A DNA stretch of 64,000 nucleotides from Enoplolaimus lenunculus. Its lineage: Eukaryota. The number at the start of each line of letters is the position of its first letter. The stretch's first letter is position 1. The stretch covers positions 372,001-436,000 of the forward strand of contig JASANG010001107.1 of the NCBI GenBank assembly GCA_030248215.1, given 5' to 3'. The notes beneath the pieces were generated by a model, which saw only the letters and a list, made by a program, of their open reading frames with translations, had not been told where the DNA came from and made no database searches. Shown piece by piece: positions 12,199-23,970 of the stretch. The translations under genes and the position numbers were made by a program.

Positions 12199-14299
12199 CC
12201 GGAATAGGAAACACACTTGTTACCGAAAAATTCGTTTTAAAGCTATTAATGGTGTTAACACATCATTTAGAATGCCAAAATCTTGCAACAAATGCGGTAT
12301 ATAGCTTGGAAACGTATGGTAAATTATACAGTAATGACACAAATGGATAATTTTGGCAATACACGCTCAGATTATTATAGAAAAATAAGTTAGAAAAATA
12401 TCCCAGTTTTTCTTAAATTTTCGACTGGAAAAAATTTTCAATACCTGAAAATTCCGGGGAATAATGCCGGATTTATTTCCGGAATCGGATAGTGAAAAAT
12501 ACAGGATTTCCATACCGGAACCGGAATTCCGGTTGCACTGTAATGCTATTCATATTAAGTTAAAAGCAAAAAACTTTTTTGGTTAGAAGCCCTATCAGAA
12601 AACCTGACAATAAAATTATATATCTCTCATGGCTACGTGCCTGAGCGTCGTCAAATTTGGTTTTCTTGGGCTCATGCATAGAACAGGGCTGGAACAGTAT
12701 AGTATAAGCATATTCCTAAAGCCTAAGCAAAAAAGTTAATCTAAAGCGGCCGATCTATAGCACAGAGGCTTTCCATTTTCTAACTTAGAAAACTTAGACC
12801 AGGAGTGAAGTGCAGCCACTCTTGTATGGCGGCTAGAAATTCCGCTGGTTTGGTAGGAAAATCACATGCTTAATTTTGGCTGGAAAAAGTGGAAATTCAG
12901 ACGCCTGAAAATTGTCTAGTTCGGTAGGGAAACTTAGAGGTTTAGGCGAAGTTCCGAAATCAGGAAAACTGGTAAAGTCCGGTCTGGTTGGGTAGTAATG
13001 GTTTGGTTGCTTTGTTTGGAAAATTGGGATGTTTCGGTTTGGAAAACGGGAATATTCAAGCGTAGGTATATGATTCTTTTGGGTTTGTAAGGAAATTTGG
13101 AGGTGTAGACAAAGGTTTTCCCTAAGTGTGATAGGGAAGGAACAGTTTGGTCTGGCTAGAAAATTAGAATCTAGTTTCATTCTTAAGCCTAAGCGTAAGT
13201 CTAAACCAAACAAAAAATTAGTCTAAAGCTTAAGCCTACACTATTCTAGTTCCACAAAAAACTTACCGCCCCTGATCTTTACATGGGCCCAGATATGCTG
13301 CAATTGCTTGAAATGAAGTAAAGAAAATTTCGATGTATTAGGTTTTCTCTAGTTCTGGTAGGGAAGAAACAGTTTTATTGGTCTGGCTGGAAAATTGCCA
13401 TGTGTGGTTCCATTCGCAAAATAAACGGAGCAACTTTTTACATGCACAGAAATCAGAAACGAAATTCTTGAAAAAAAGAAATTTGTTTCTTATAAATTGT
13501 AAATAGTAATTTGTTGAATATAAGACATTTATGTTTTAACCATTTCAGACACTGTCTGAGAAATGTAAGACATTAATGTCTTGAAAATTTGAGAAAGTAA
13601 GTGTAGGTTTCCCCAGCCAAAAACGGTGCTACCGTAATTATCTACGCTCAATGTTAGGATTAGCGCCGTAGCAACAGGATAAAGACATATCCATAAACAA
13701 AAGATTAGGACTCGGCGTAAAGTGAAGTCTGAAACGTATGCGTAAACATTGGCATTATGTTAGATATTGTGGTATATAAACATAGGTTGAAAAAATTACA
13801 ATAAACATAAACATCGCAACTCCTGTTCATGCAGCACTTTGGTTGACAAATGTATAATACATAGCTAGGGTTCTGGTTGCAAAAAGAGTATGAATGTGCT
13901 ATTGGAAAAATAAGTCTTATTGAATGGAGCTCTATGTCGATGAATTTTACTACTTTTTTCGACTTGTTTTACAGATTTTCGATGTTGCTATAATGTTAAG
14001 TACCCAAAAAATTATTGAACAAGTTCTGCAATGTATACTAATGAGCATTCTGTTAGACGTCCATCAGAGTGCGCTTCACTTCTGTTTCTTACGTTGATGA
14101 TAGTTCCAGTACCGATTCACCTGGTGCTTCCGGTGATTCTTTTGGTTCTGCCAGAGATTGTGGTGCAACGCGACGCAAATCGACGACGCATCCTAATGAG
14201 CACAAACGTCAACGTCGAAAGCAGTACTGCAACATATAGTGGTCAAATTTGTTGAATGTGTTCCGCAAATGGTATAAGAAAAATAGTTAAGGAAGCATC

Positions 14300-15880
14300 A
14301 TATAATGTCGGCCTAATCGCATTTTCTTTGCGAGGTGGTCGCGGCAAACACAGTCATGGCAATAAGACATCGGAACAGCGGCGTCAGCTGTATTATCTCA
14401 TATAACCAGCTTTCCGTTGTTGAAAGTCACTATTGCCGGTCTCAGAGCAAAAAAAGTATTTGAATCAGTCGTTATCGTTAGTAGCAATGTATAGGCTTTA
14501 TCTGGAAACCTTTTACGAAAGCGCTGACTCAGGTGAAACAGTTTACGGCCCATTTAATAAAGAAAAATCTTTTCTAAATGGGTTTATGAAAAAAATTTTA
14601 ATGCCACATTTAGTTTGACGTTTTTCAAACCTAAAAAGACCATGAACAAAAAATGACAAGAACAGTTTGGATGAGGCAAACCCAGCTCAATTTAATGAAC
14701 ATATTAGGCAAAAACAAGCTGCACGCACGATTAAAAATCAAGAGGTCGCTCATGCACGGGAAAATAACTCAACTGTAGTGTTAACATTTGATCTTCAGGC
14801 TGTGCTTAACACGCGTCATTCTGCTTTAACACCATTTTACTATAAACGAAAGCTGTTGGCCTATCATTTTACAATTAATCACGTAGAAAGCTCGCCGTGT
14901 TTTTGTTACTTTTGAGCGGAATATGATGGAAAAATGGGATCGAGTGAAATTGCGTCTATTTTATACAGCCACCTAAGCTCATTGCCACCGACAGTTATGA
15001 ACGTGCGCATGTTTTCGGACTCATGCGGGGGTCAAAATCGTAATAGTGCTATACTTTCAGCTTTGCAATTTGCAGTTCAACGCCTTCCAATTTAAATAAT
15101 CGAGCACAAGTTTTTTGAAGTCGGTCACTCGCAGATGAAGTGCGACTCTAAAGCACATTTGGAAATATACAGTGTCGACGAATGGGGACTTGTGATGACG
15201 TCGAGTTGCCCATGAAGGCAACATTATACTGCTGTTCAACTGGTTTGCACGTTTACATCGACTTCTTGGATTTCATACCGTGTGGCCGAGCGTTGTTCGC
15301 ACCAAATCGTAGTCATACTGCAGAAGGCAAACGATTCAGCATTCTTCAGTCTAAGGTAAAGTAGGAATCTTAGTTAATATTTAATTTTTACTTTTGTGAG
15401 TCATTGCTCTCGATACTTGTTCGTAAATTATTGACTAAGTACTTTTGTTTCTGGTGTGTATTTTATTATGAAAAAGAAAACTGTCTGTTTATGTTGAATC
15501 TTATTCAAAGTGCACATCGACAGAAGCAAAATGATTGATTGTCTCTGAAACTTACTACAACCTATTTAATTCCAGGCATTTCGCTACGACAAATCGTACA
15601 TCTAGCACGTCAGCTTCAAAGAAAAACTCACTGACGTCGACTGGCAGAAGATAGCCTCGAACAAGAGCAGAGCCACACGCAAGTCTAAAACGGTGCCAAA
15701 TTTTCAGGAAATCTCTATCGGGGTCGCTTGCCAATTTCTGACAACACGAAAAAAGATTTGATGTCGCTGGTAACTGGGCAAAACCCGCCCATTCCTCTTC
15801 AATATCGAGCATACTACAAAAGCTTGCCTTCACTTAGCACAGAAACTGATCGTGCTTCAATGTCAGATGACAAAGAATAA
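14300..15880 (+). pseudogene. Degenerate Sola-type DDE transposase
   Basis: Frameshifted motifs ESHYCR, KKYLNQSLSLVAMYRLY, LTFDLQAVL, FYYKRKL, GSSEIAS, MFSDSCGGQNRN, EHKFFEVGHSQMKCDS. Probable intron ~15356-15575. Family assigned from recalled motifs. Confidence 0.75.
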
Positions 15881-18618
15881 TGAATGGGACATTGAATATT
15901 TAATATAAATTTTGACCGTCAACTGAAAAATTTAGTTTTGTCTTAAAGTGTTCTTTATTTTGATTACAATTAATTAGTTTTTATAGTTGCTCTGCTTAAT
16001 AACCAGGGCAGTACGTTTTCAGTGTTGTTTGTATTTATGACAAAACAAAAAAATTGCCTGTGCTCATTATAGCAAATATTTGTCAATATTGTACACACAT
16101 ATAAAAGTAATTTTTGGCATCACTATGGACTTGCTATGTATTTTTTCTCGAGAGCCTGCTTGAATATAGTTGAAGCTAAAAACCTAATTCAGTGTAATAT
16201 TAGCTACGTAATTCCAATCATGTAATATCTGTGAACAAAATTTTAATATACTAATTACTATACTACATTGAAATTAAACATTTATTTGTGGTTGAGCAAT
16301 ATTGTTTTTGGTGTTTTTCTCCAAAATTAAAAAAATTGAACATAAGATATTTTGCCTTTGGTACTCCTGAACCTCAAACTGATTGTTATAAGCATAAAAC
16401 ATACAATTCTAACAATCGTTATTTATTTTGCAACTGTCTCAATAATTCTGGGTATTCCGTTTTGAAGATTGCTACTGATTAATAAATACTTGCGTTGGCC
16501 ACCTGAAATAGAGTTGATTTGCTTTGTCTCCGTCCAATTTGAGCCACTGCAACAAAGATTGTATCGAATGCCACCCTTCCCTCGAACTATATACACATGA
16601 GTCGTTTTTACATTTTAAGAAAAAACCAAACAGAAAATACTGACGGGGGAGGATTGGCAATTGTTTTCAAACGCAATTTTTCACCGAGAAATTTTCGGAG
16701 GGTGCAAAATTGTAAGGTATTGAGGGAACTTCCTATTTTATCACAAAAAATTCCTGACGGAGGCGTACACCCTCCTGCTCTCCCTCTGGATCCGCTTTGA
16801 TAATTTCAGACTATTCTTTGCTTGGGCTTACGCTTAAGGTTTGTTTTACACTTGTGTTTGTCACGCTGAGGAGGCTTTAGCTTAGGAAAACGTAACATAG
16901 GTCCAAATCTTTAGAGCCCGCTCTCGTCTTAATATATAGGACCATAATGCCGATTTGGTTCTTCATAAAACCTCCTCTGATGATTTCAATTAAATTTTAA
17001 CTTTATAAGACTTCAATATGTACTTTCACGATTTATAAATTTTTTAGTGTGCAGATGTATATTTATTGTGTAATAGCGAAACACTGAGCTGAATTGCATC
17101 ATTTTTTGCGTTAGATGATTGGTTTAGCGTACCTAATTTACTAATAAATTTTCAATTGCTTTTGATTAAAACCAAAAACTAAGTTTCTGACTGCAATTAT
17201 TATTGTTAAGAATACCAAAGTTATACAGCTCTAATTTTTGCAAACAATTTATATACACCAAAAAATAAATCTACTTACCAAGGGTCTTTAATGTCCCAGG
17301 TTTCGCTCTTGGGATCCAAAGTACTTTTGTTGAAAAGTTTGACAAATTCTATACGGGTCGAGGCAGCATGTCGAGCTGAGAGCAGCGGTGTTAAGTATTC
17401 AGCCATCAGACGACTATGGTTCAATAACTGGTTTGGCGCCGTCCAAATCATTGACAGCGTGCCAAATCAGTGTTTTCATCATAACTCGTTAACCGATCGT
17501 ATGCAATTTTTGGCCTGGAATGATCAGTGGAGGTGACGAGAAGCTCAAATATGCAAAATTTTTTATAATACTACCTTTTTTGGGCAAACGCGGCCTTTAG
17601 GGATTACGGAAAAGCCAAGACCCCTTTACAAAAATCGTCAACAATTTAGTTCATTATTCTGACTCAGGTTTGAATACAGAATGTCTTTTCGTCAACTTCA
17701 GCTACTTTAGCAGCGAAATAATGCAAATTATTCCAAAAATTTTTTACACAACAGCATTTCGGATATCCGAATACATATTTCTTTTCGCATACATATCCGG
17801 ATGTTTTTCGTATCCGGATATCCGGTGCCCATTTATACTAGTTTCGCATTTAGTTCCGGCTACGGCTAATTTTGTTGACCTTCTGCTCCGGTATTTTTCA
17901 CCTCAGACTGCACCCTGGTTAACAGAACGCAACAAAAACAATCCTTTAACGCCGCGATTAGAAAGGAAAAAATCAAGCGGTGGCTATCCAGATGACAAAG
18001 GTTCAAAATCGAGGAGCTTTTGGAATAACGCGAGAAGTAGCTGTTCGACCGAAGCAGTTTGACAAGTTCCTCCATTATGAAAAATGTTTATGTTGAAATC
18101 AAAATTTTTTAAAAAAGCCATAAAACTTGAAATCAGCTGAATGCAGGGTGTAATAGCAAAAACAACGGAAACGGATAGTATTCATAGGAATAATAACTTT
18201 GTATTCTCAACTATAGTAAAATTAGCACAGTGAAAAATTTGCATCGAACACGCACCGTCACGTACTAAATTTATTTTGCGAGAAACAAAATCTGTTTACA
18301 TACATATATGCCATGTCGCGTAGCGAGATTACATACTGGGCGTCATTTTAAATGCTGATCGCTCTTGATTTAATAAGACGCCAAGCCTAAAACAGAGTAT
18401 GATGCTAATTAGTAAAAGGATCGCCTAAACAGAGTATGATGCTAATTAGTAAAAGGATCGCCTGCACATCTGGCAATCTAGTAACGGGTAAATTTGAATT
18501 TACCATGACACAGAACCCGTGAGCTCATAACTTTTGAATTCAACCCCCACGGTAAGCGACGTTTTTCTCATACATCAAAACAGGGAAAAATACTTAATCA
18601 GCGATTCTAGCTGTCTTA

Positions 18619-19640
18619 CAGGGTGCAACCGGAATTATAAAATACCGGATCCGGAACCCGGAAGTCCAAATATACCGGAACCGCAGCCAGAACCGGAAAA
18701 CAAAAAATATTTGTTACCGAAAAATTCATTTCTAACGCTATTTTATCGCTTTTAGTGATGTAAACACATCACTTTTAAAATGCTAAAATCCTTAATCAAA
18801 TGCAATAGCTGGAAACGGGCCCATGTTACTATAAAGGCCGTCCCAATTTCCCGGGACACAAATATACCCGGAGTGCACACTTATGCGCTCCTGTTTACAT
18901 ATGCACAGGCAGATACATTTACTTAGGATATATAGGTATCAGGGTGCAACCGGAATTACAATTTACCGGAACCGGAATTTGAAAATTTTACCGGAACCGG
19001 AAAGTGAAAAATGCATTTCACCAAAAATTTCATTTTAATCTTATTTTTTGCTCTATTATTTGTGAAACAACCTTAGTCGAACATAGGTATTTATTTTATT
19101 TGTTGTATTTTAGATTTTCATCATCGACTGAAGTGAAATCCACCATCAATGGCTTATATTCGGAGTACACGTGGCTTTCAAAAGAGATTCTTAAAAATTA
19201 GCAAAGTTAAGAAAACGGCCAAATTATAATACCGGAATTTTTAAATCCGGTAAAAATTTACCGGAGCCGGAAGGTGAAAAAATGCCGGAACCGGAATTCC
19301 AGTTGCACCCTGATAGGTATATATATTTATATATACATATATATCTGTCCCAAGTGTCCCATCTGTCCCGTTTGACCCACCTGTCCAAACTGTCCCATCT
19401 TTTCCGCTGGCTCATCTGTCCCAACTGTCCCAGGCCTTTAAAGTAACATTGGCCTGTAAGCGTATGATAAAATATGGAGTATGGCATAAATTGAAAACTT
19501 TGGCAATACACGCTCAGACAATTTTAGAAAATTAAGTTATAATCATATGCTAATTTTTCTTAAATTGTCGAATGAGAAAAATTTTCAATACCTAAAAATA
19601 CCGGATAATTACGGTGAAAAAATACCGGATTTATTGCCGC
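18619..19640. mobile_element. Triple-nested MITE cluster; inner hAT MITE 18940-19312
   Basis: Outer CAGGGTGCAACCGG element. Middle element 18816-19456 with TIR C(A/G)GGCC(A/C)ATGTTACT(T/A)TAAAGGCC. Inner element with perfect TSD ATAGGTAT. Confidence 0.8.
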
Positions 19641-21429
19641 GTTTTCTCTCCTAAAAGAAAAAGTACCAAATTGATTCAAAAATTTTGGCTGTTATAGAGT
19701 TTCCTCCTACATTTGTGTTGTGAAAATAATAAAAAAAATTATGTGCGCTAAACCAGTCATCATACGCCAAAAAATGACGCAATTCAACTCAACGATTCGC
19801 TTTTACACTAAACATACCTACATGAAAAAATATAATTTCTGAATTGTTTAAAATACATTTTTGCACCCGCTGTAATCCAAAAAGATCACAAAAAGTGAAA
19901 GTATATATTCATATTCAAGTTTTAAAAATTGAATTAAAATATCAGGGGAGGTTATGAGTAGGCAAATCGGCATTATGTTCTTATATATTAAGACTAGAGC
20001 GGGTCCTGAAGTTTTGGACCAAACTTCAAGAGTTTTAAACGTAATAAAAAGTCTAACAACACAAAACTTACACTGCAACAAATGATGAATCAACTTCTTT
20101 CTCCGAAATATGCCCTACGGAACTGCACAGTCAAATTCGACTCCGCCAGAGTCAAATTGACTCAATTAGCTACACGTTCGACTCTGGTGAAGTCCAATGT
20201 GACTCAGTTTGTGTAGTCCCGTACAGCCTGTTTCGTATGGAGTCAATTTGACTCACCTTTTTTACAGTATAGCCTAAGCTCAAGCAAAAAATTAGTCTAA
20301 AATTTAAGCGTAGTTTTCGGTAGGGTAAGAAGGCCGCCACTACTGGATCCAGAGGGGCGGGCGGGCATACACTCCAAGTCAGAAATTTATCGAACATCAC
20401 AATTTTCCCTTCCAAATTTTTGTGATAAAATGATAAGGTCCCTTCCACCTCAAAATTTTTCTGAAAAGTTATATGGTCCCTACATTACAATTTTAACCCT
20501 CAGACAATTTTTTTTGTGAAAAAATGCGTTTCAAAACATTTACGAGCCGGACCCCCGTTAGAAATTTCTGATTTTTCATATCCGGTCCCATCTAATACTT
20601 ATATTCCTACAAAACCAAAAGTGAAAAATATCAGCTTTCATTCAATACCATATAACAAATTTTTATTTAAACAAACAACTTTACAATATTATTATTATTA
20701 TCCATATTTTAAAATGAGTGAAATTGACCGGTATTTGCGATTTTCGGCGCAGCCTTTTCCACTCGTAAATCTTCTAATAAGCACCACTGATGCGCATTTT
20801 AGAAAAATAGTTGGTTTTGCGGATTATTTTTAGAATATATCTTTAAATTAATATTCCAAATTGAACCCAATCAATAATGTTTGTTTACCTTAATAAACGG
20901 ACAGCATTACTACGTCGCATAAACCAGTTAGCTGAGCTAGAATTCGATGGACATGTAATTTTGCTTAGGCAACTACTTAACCACCACGTCCGTAAGTGGA
21001 AATTTGGACATGTTACTTTAAACGCTGAAGAATATGCTTACACTACTGTTACACGCCCAAAGTAACAATGGCCGTTTGGCTCATGTTACTGTAGGGGGCG
21101 TCCATTCTAGATTACATTTTTTGCTTAGGCTTAGCAATACGCTTAATCTATTGTTACGCCCTTTAAAGTAACATTGGTCTTTGGTTTTATGCTTTTTTTT
21201 ACGAAATCTCGTCAATTTTTTCTTGTACCAAAAGTTAAAACGAAACGCACCAAATAAATTTCTTAAAACTAAACAAAATTAAGTAAAAGAAATTACCGGA
21301 CCCTGACAGAAATTCTACCGGAGCCGGAAGTCACTTTTTTGCCGCAGCCAGACCTGCTGTTGTACCCTGGTGCGCATGGAGCATTATGTTAGTATTTAGT
21401 TGCAATAATTACAACCCATATATAAATAT

Positions 21430-23890
21430 TCACCACATAGAATATCCCCATTCATTGTCTTCATCGTTGAACACAAAAAAATATGCACAAATAGTAGAAA
21501 AACAAATAACGTTGCCAGCAAGCACGAGCCCACATGCGCCCCATTGAATCTGAAACAGACAATTAAAAGTTTGCGGTGTTCACGTTATAACTGGGGAACA
21601 CGTTTTCTCTGACATGTTTAAAAATGTCTGCTAGGTTGTGGTAACTAGCCTGAATGTCCTGCAGAATGTCATATGACACTAAAACTTGAAGTTTGAATTA
21701 TTTAGATTTAGAATGCACCAAGAAGAAATTTTTCCGGGAAACAAAAAAATGAACTTAGTTCAGCATTCGAAATCATTTAATGCTACACTATATCTTAGCT
21801 GTTTGCTATTTCATTAGCGCGCACAAATTATATTGTCCCGCATATCATATGATGTTTGGTAGAATTTGTGACGTCAGGGTGCGACCAGATATTAATTTAC
21901 CGGATACCCGGAACCGGATATTGAATTTTCTTCCGAAACCGAATGTTAACTATCATGTAAATTTGTACACTGTTAAAAGTATTTGAGTGGCCCAAATATA
22001 TGTTTTTACTGAATTACAATTAATTGTTAGCGTGAGCTTTTCGTTTTGACTTCAGCGTATCAAAATTTTAACTTCTTGACTTGCCCAGCAATACAATCGC
22101 AGCATGATGTTAAAGACGTCCAGATGTAAAAAACGGTTTATGAAGTTCAGGAGCCTCACCGTAAATACCCTGTATCCGTTAGGTTTATACCAAATACCTT
22201 AACCGGATACGGATAATGATTTTTACCGGATATTAAACCGGAATCGGATATCCGGTCGCACCTTGTGTGTCGTATGGCTATTTGTATGGGATGAACACTT
22301 GATATTATGAACTTGTAAGCCAATGACATGTTGTGGCATTCACATTAAGTCGTCATTTTTATGTAGACGTCAAACCAGCACGGGAGAAAACATGTTCCAA
22401 ATTGCCCCAATTATAAAGTGAACTCCGCATTATGCGTATCACCTACACTGCCAGTAAATGCAATTTCTGTAAGTTTCAAAGCAGTAAATCTAAAGCTTCA
22501 ATAAAAATGTAGCACCAGTTGAAATTGTTCGAAACTACCATGTTTGCTGGAGTAGCCTGGTGTAGTTAAAATTAAAGCTATAGATTAGCAGTAATTAAAT
22601 ACGCACATACACAATATGCATCAATTCACTGAACCGAAACTTATACACATATGCACTACTAAAGAATAAAATATGATCTAAAAAGACACACTTCAAAAAG
22701 GTTAGAAAACAAAAAATGGCACAGGAATTTGCAACGAACACAACTAAGTCAGTTTGAAATTTTTTGTTACCTGGCATTCATGCAGTCCTGCTGCAAACAT
22801 ATCTAACACAAAACACACTATACGGTCGGAATAGAGACCGAAATGTGCAGAAGACCCTTTCTCTCATTAGGAAACGCACAGCTAATCAATATGTATATAT
22901 AACACATAATCCAGAACTCATTCAGGCTGCGTGCACATCACGTACCATGAATTAATGCAGAACTGAAAATGGCAGTAGCAATCATAGCAACTTGTATGAT
23001 ACGCATGCAGTTGAAAGCCGCTTACTAACAGTTTGGGGCACACGTAAGACGTAACACCATATGTCATGCGACACTACCACGGGCTTGAATCTTCATCACG
23101 ATAAATATAAAAATATGCTGCGATCGTGGCGAATGTAATTATATTTGCCGACAGAACAAGTCCACATGCACCCCAAGCAATCTAAAGATGGAAACAAACA
23201 CAAAGAATTGGGTGTGCACGGTACAAAAACATAAACCAAAAAGACACTCGTGCTGACCACTATTTGTTTTGTTGCATTACAGTATTACACCTAAGTCTTA
23301 GGTTGTTTTAGTTTCATTACTGTTAATGACAAGTACGCGGTTTATGGATAGAAAGCAAAAACTTCGTGATTAGCAAACCAAAATTTCAGGCATGATTTGC
23401 TTTTAATAGAATAGCGAAACATGGAAACCAAAAAGAGTTTTGTTTTTGAATGCTGTTTCATGATTAGCAAACCAAAATTTCCAGCATGATTTTGCTTTTA
23501 ATAGAATAGCGAAACATGGATGTCGGCTGCAGACATCGAAGAACGAGGCTGAATTCCTACGAAGTTTGACTGGGTTTTTAGACGAAACTTCTACAATAGA
23601 TTGTATACATTATATCAGGGGCATAATAATTTTAATTACCTATCATGAGTATCATCTACGGATTGAAAAATTTTCGCAAATGAGGTTTGCCACACATGTG
23701 CACAAAAACCATTCCCTTTCATTTCTAATATTATATCCAGCACGAACACACAGAGGAATCTTCACCGCCTACTACAATTAAACTAACGATGACACAAAAC
23801 AATGGATAATAAAAAAGCAGCAAGTATATAATGCTTAAAGCGTAGAATTACAAACTGAGAAGAAACAACAACAACAACAACAACAACAGC

Positions 23891-23970
<80 letters not shown>

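Larger units (their letters stand above)
10466..12541. mobile_element. hAT MITE (CAGGGTGCAACCGG family) interrupted by nested insertions
   Basis: TIR at 10466 and ~12525-12541. TSD AATGATAT/AATGCTAT. The two halves match the intact copy at 47630-48043. Confidence 0.8.

Noticed and set aside
12833..13213. 126-aa P/F-rich minus-strand ORF
   Set aside because: Low-complexity, strand-skewed repeat sequence without splice or domain support.
19004..19201. Repeated 65-74 aa ORF MKNAFHQKFHF (also 55197)
   Set aside because: Lies inside near-identical MITE copies. The similarity reflects repeat youth, not coding.
23367..23520. ~60-bp local duplication in a LEPROT intron (similar small tandem duplications at ~18387-18463 and ~32169-32219)
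   Set aside because: Ordinary local duplications with no further structure seen.
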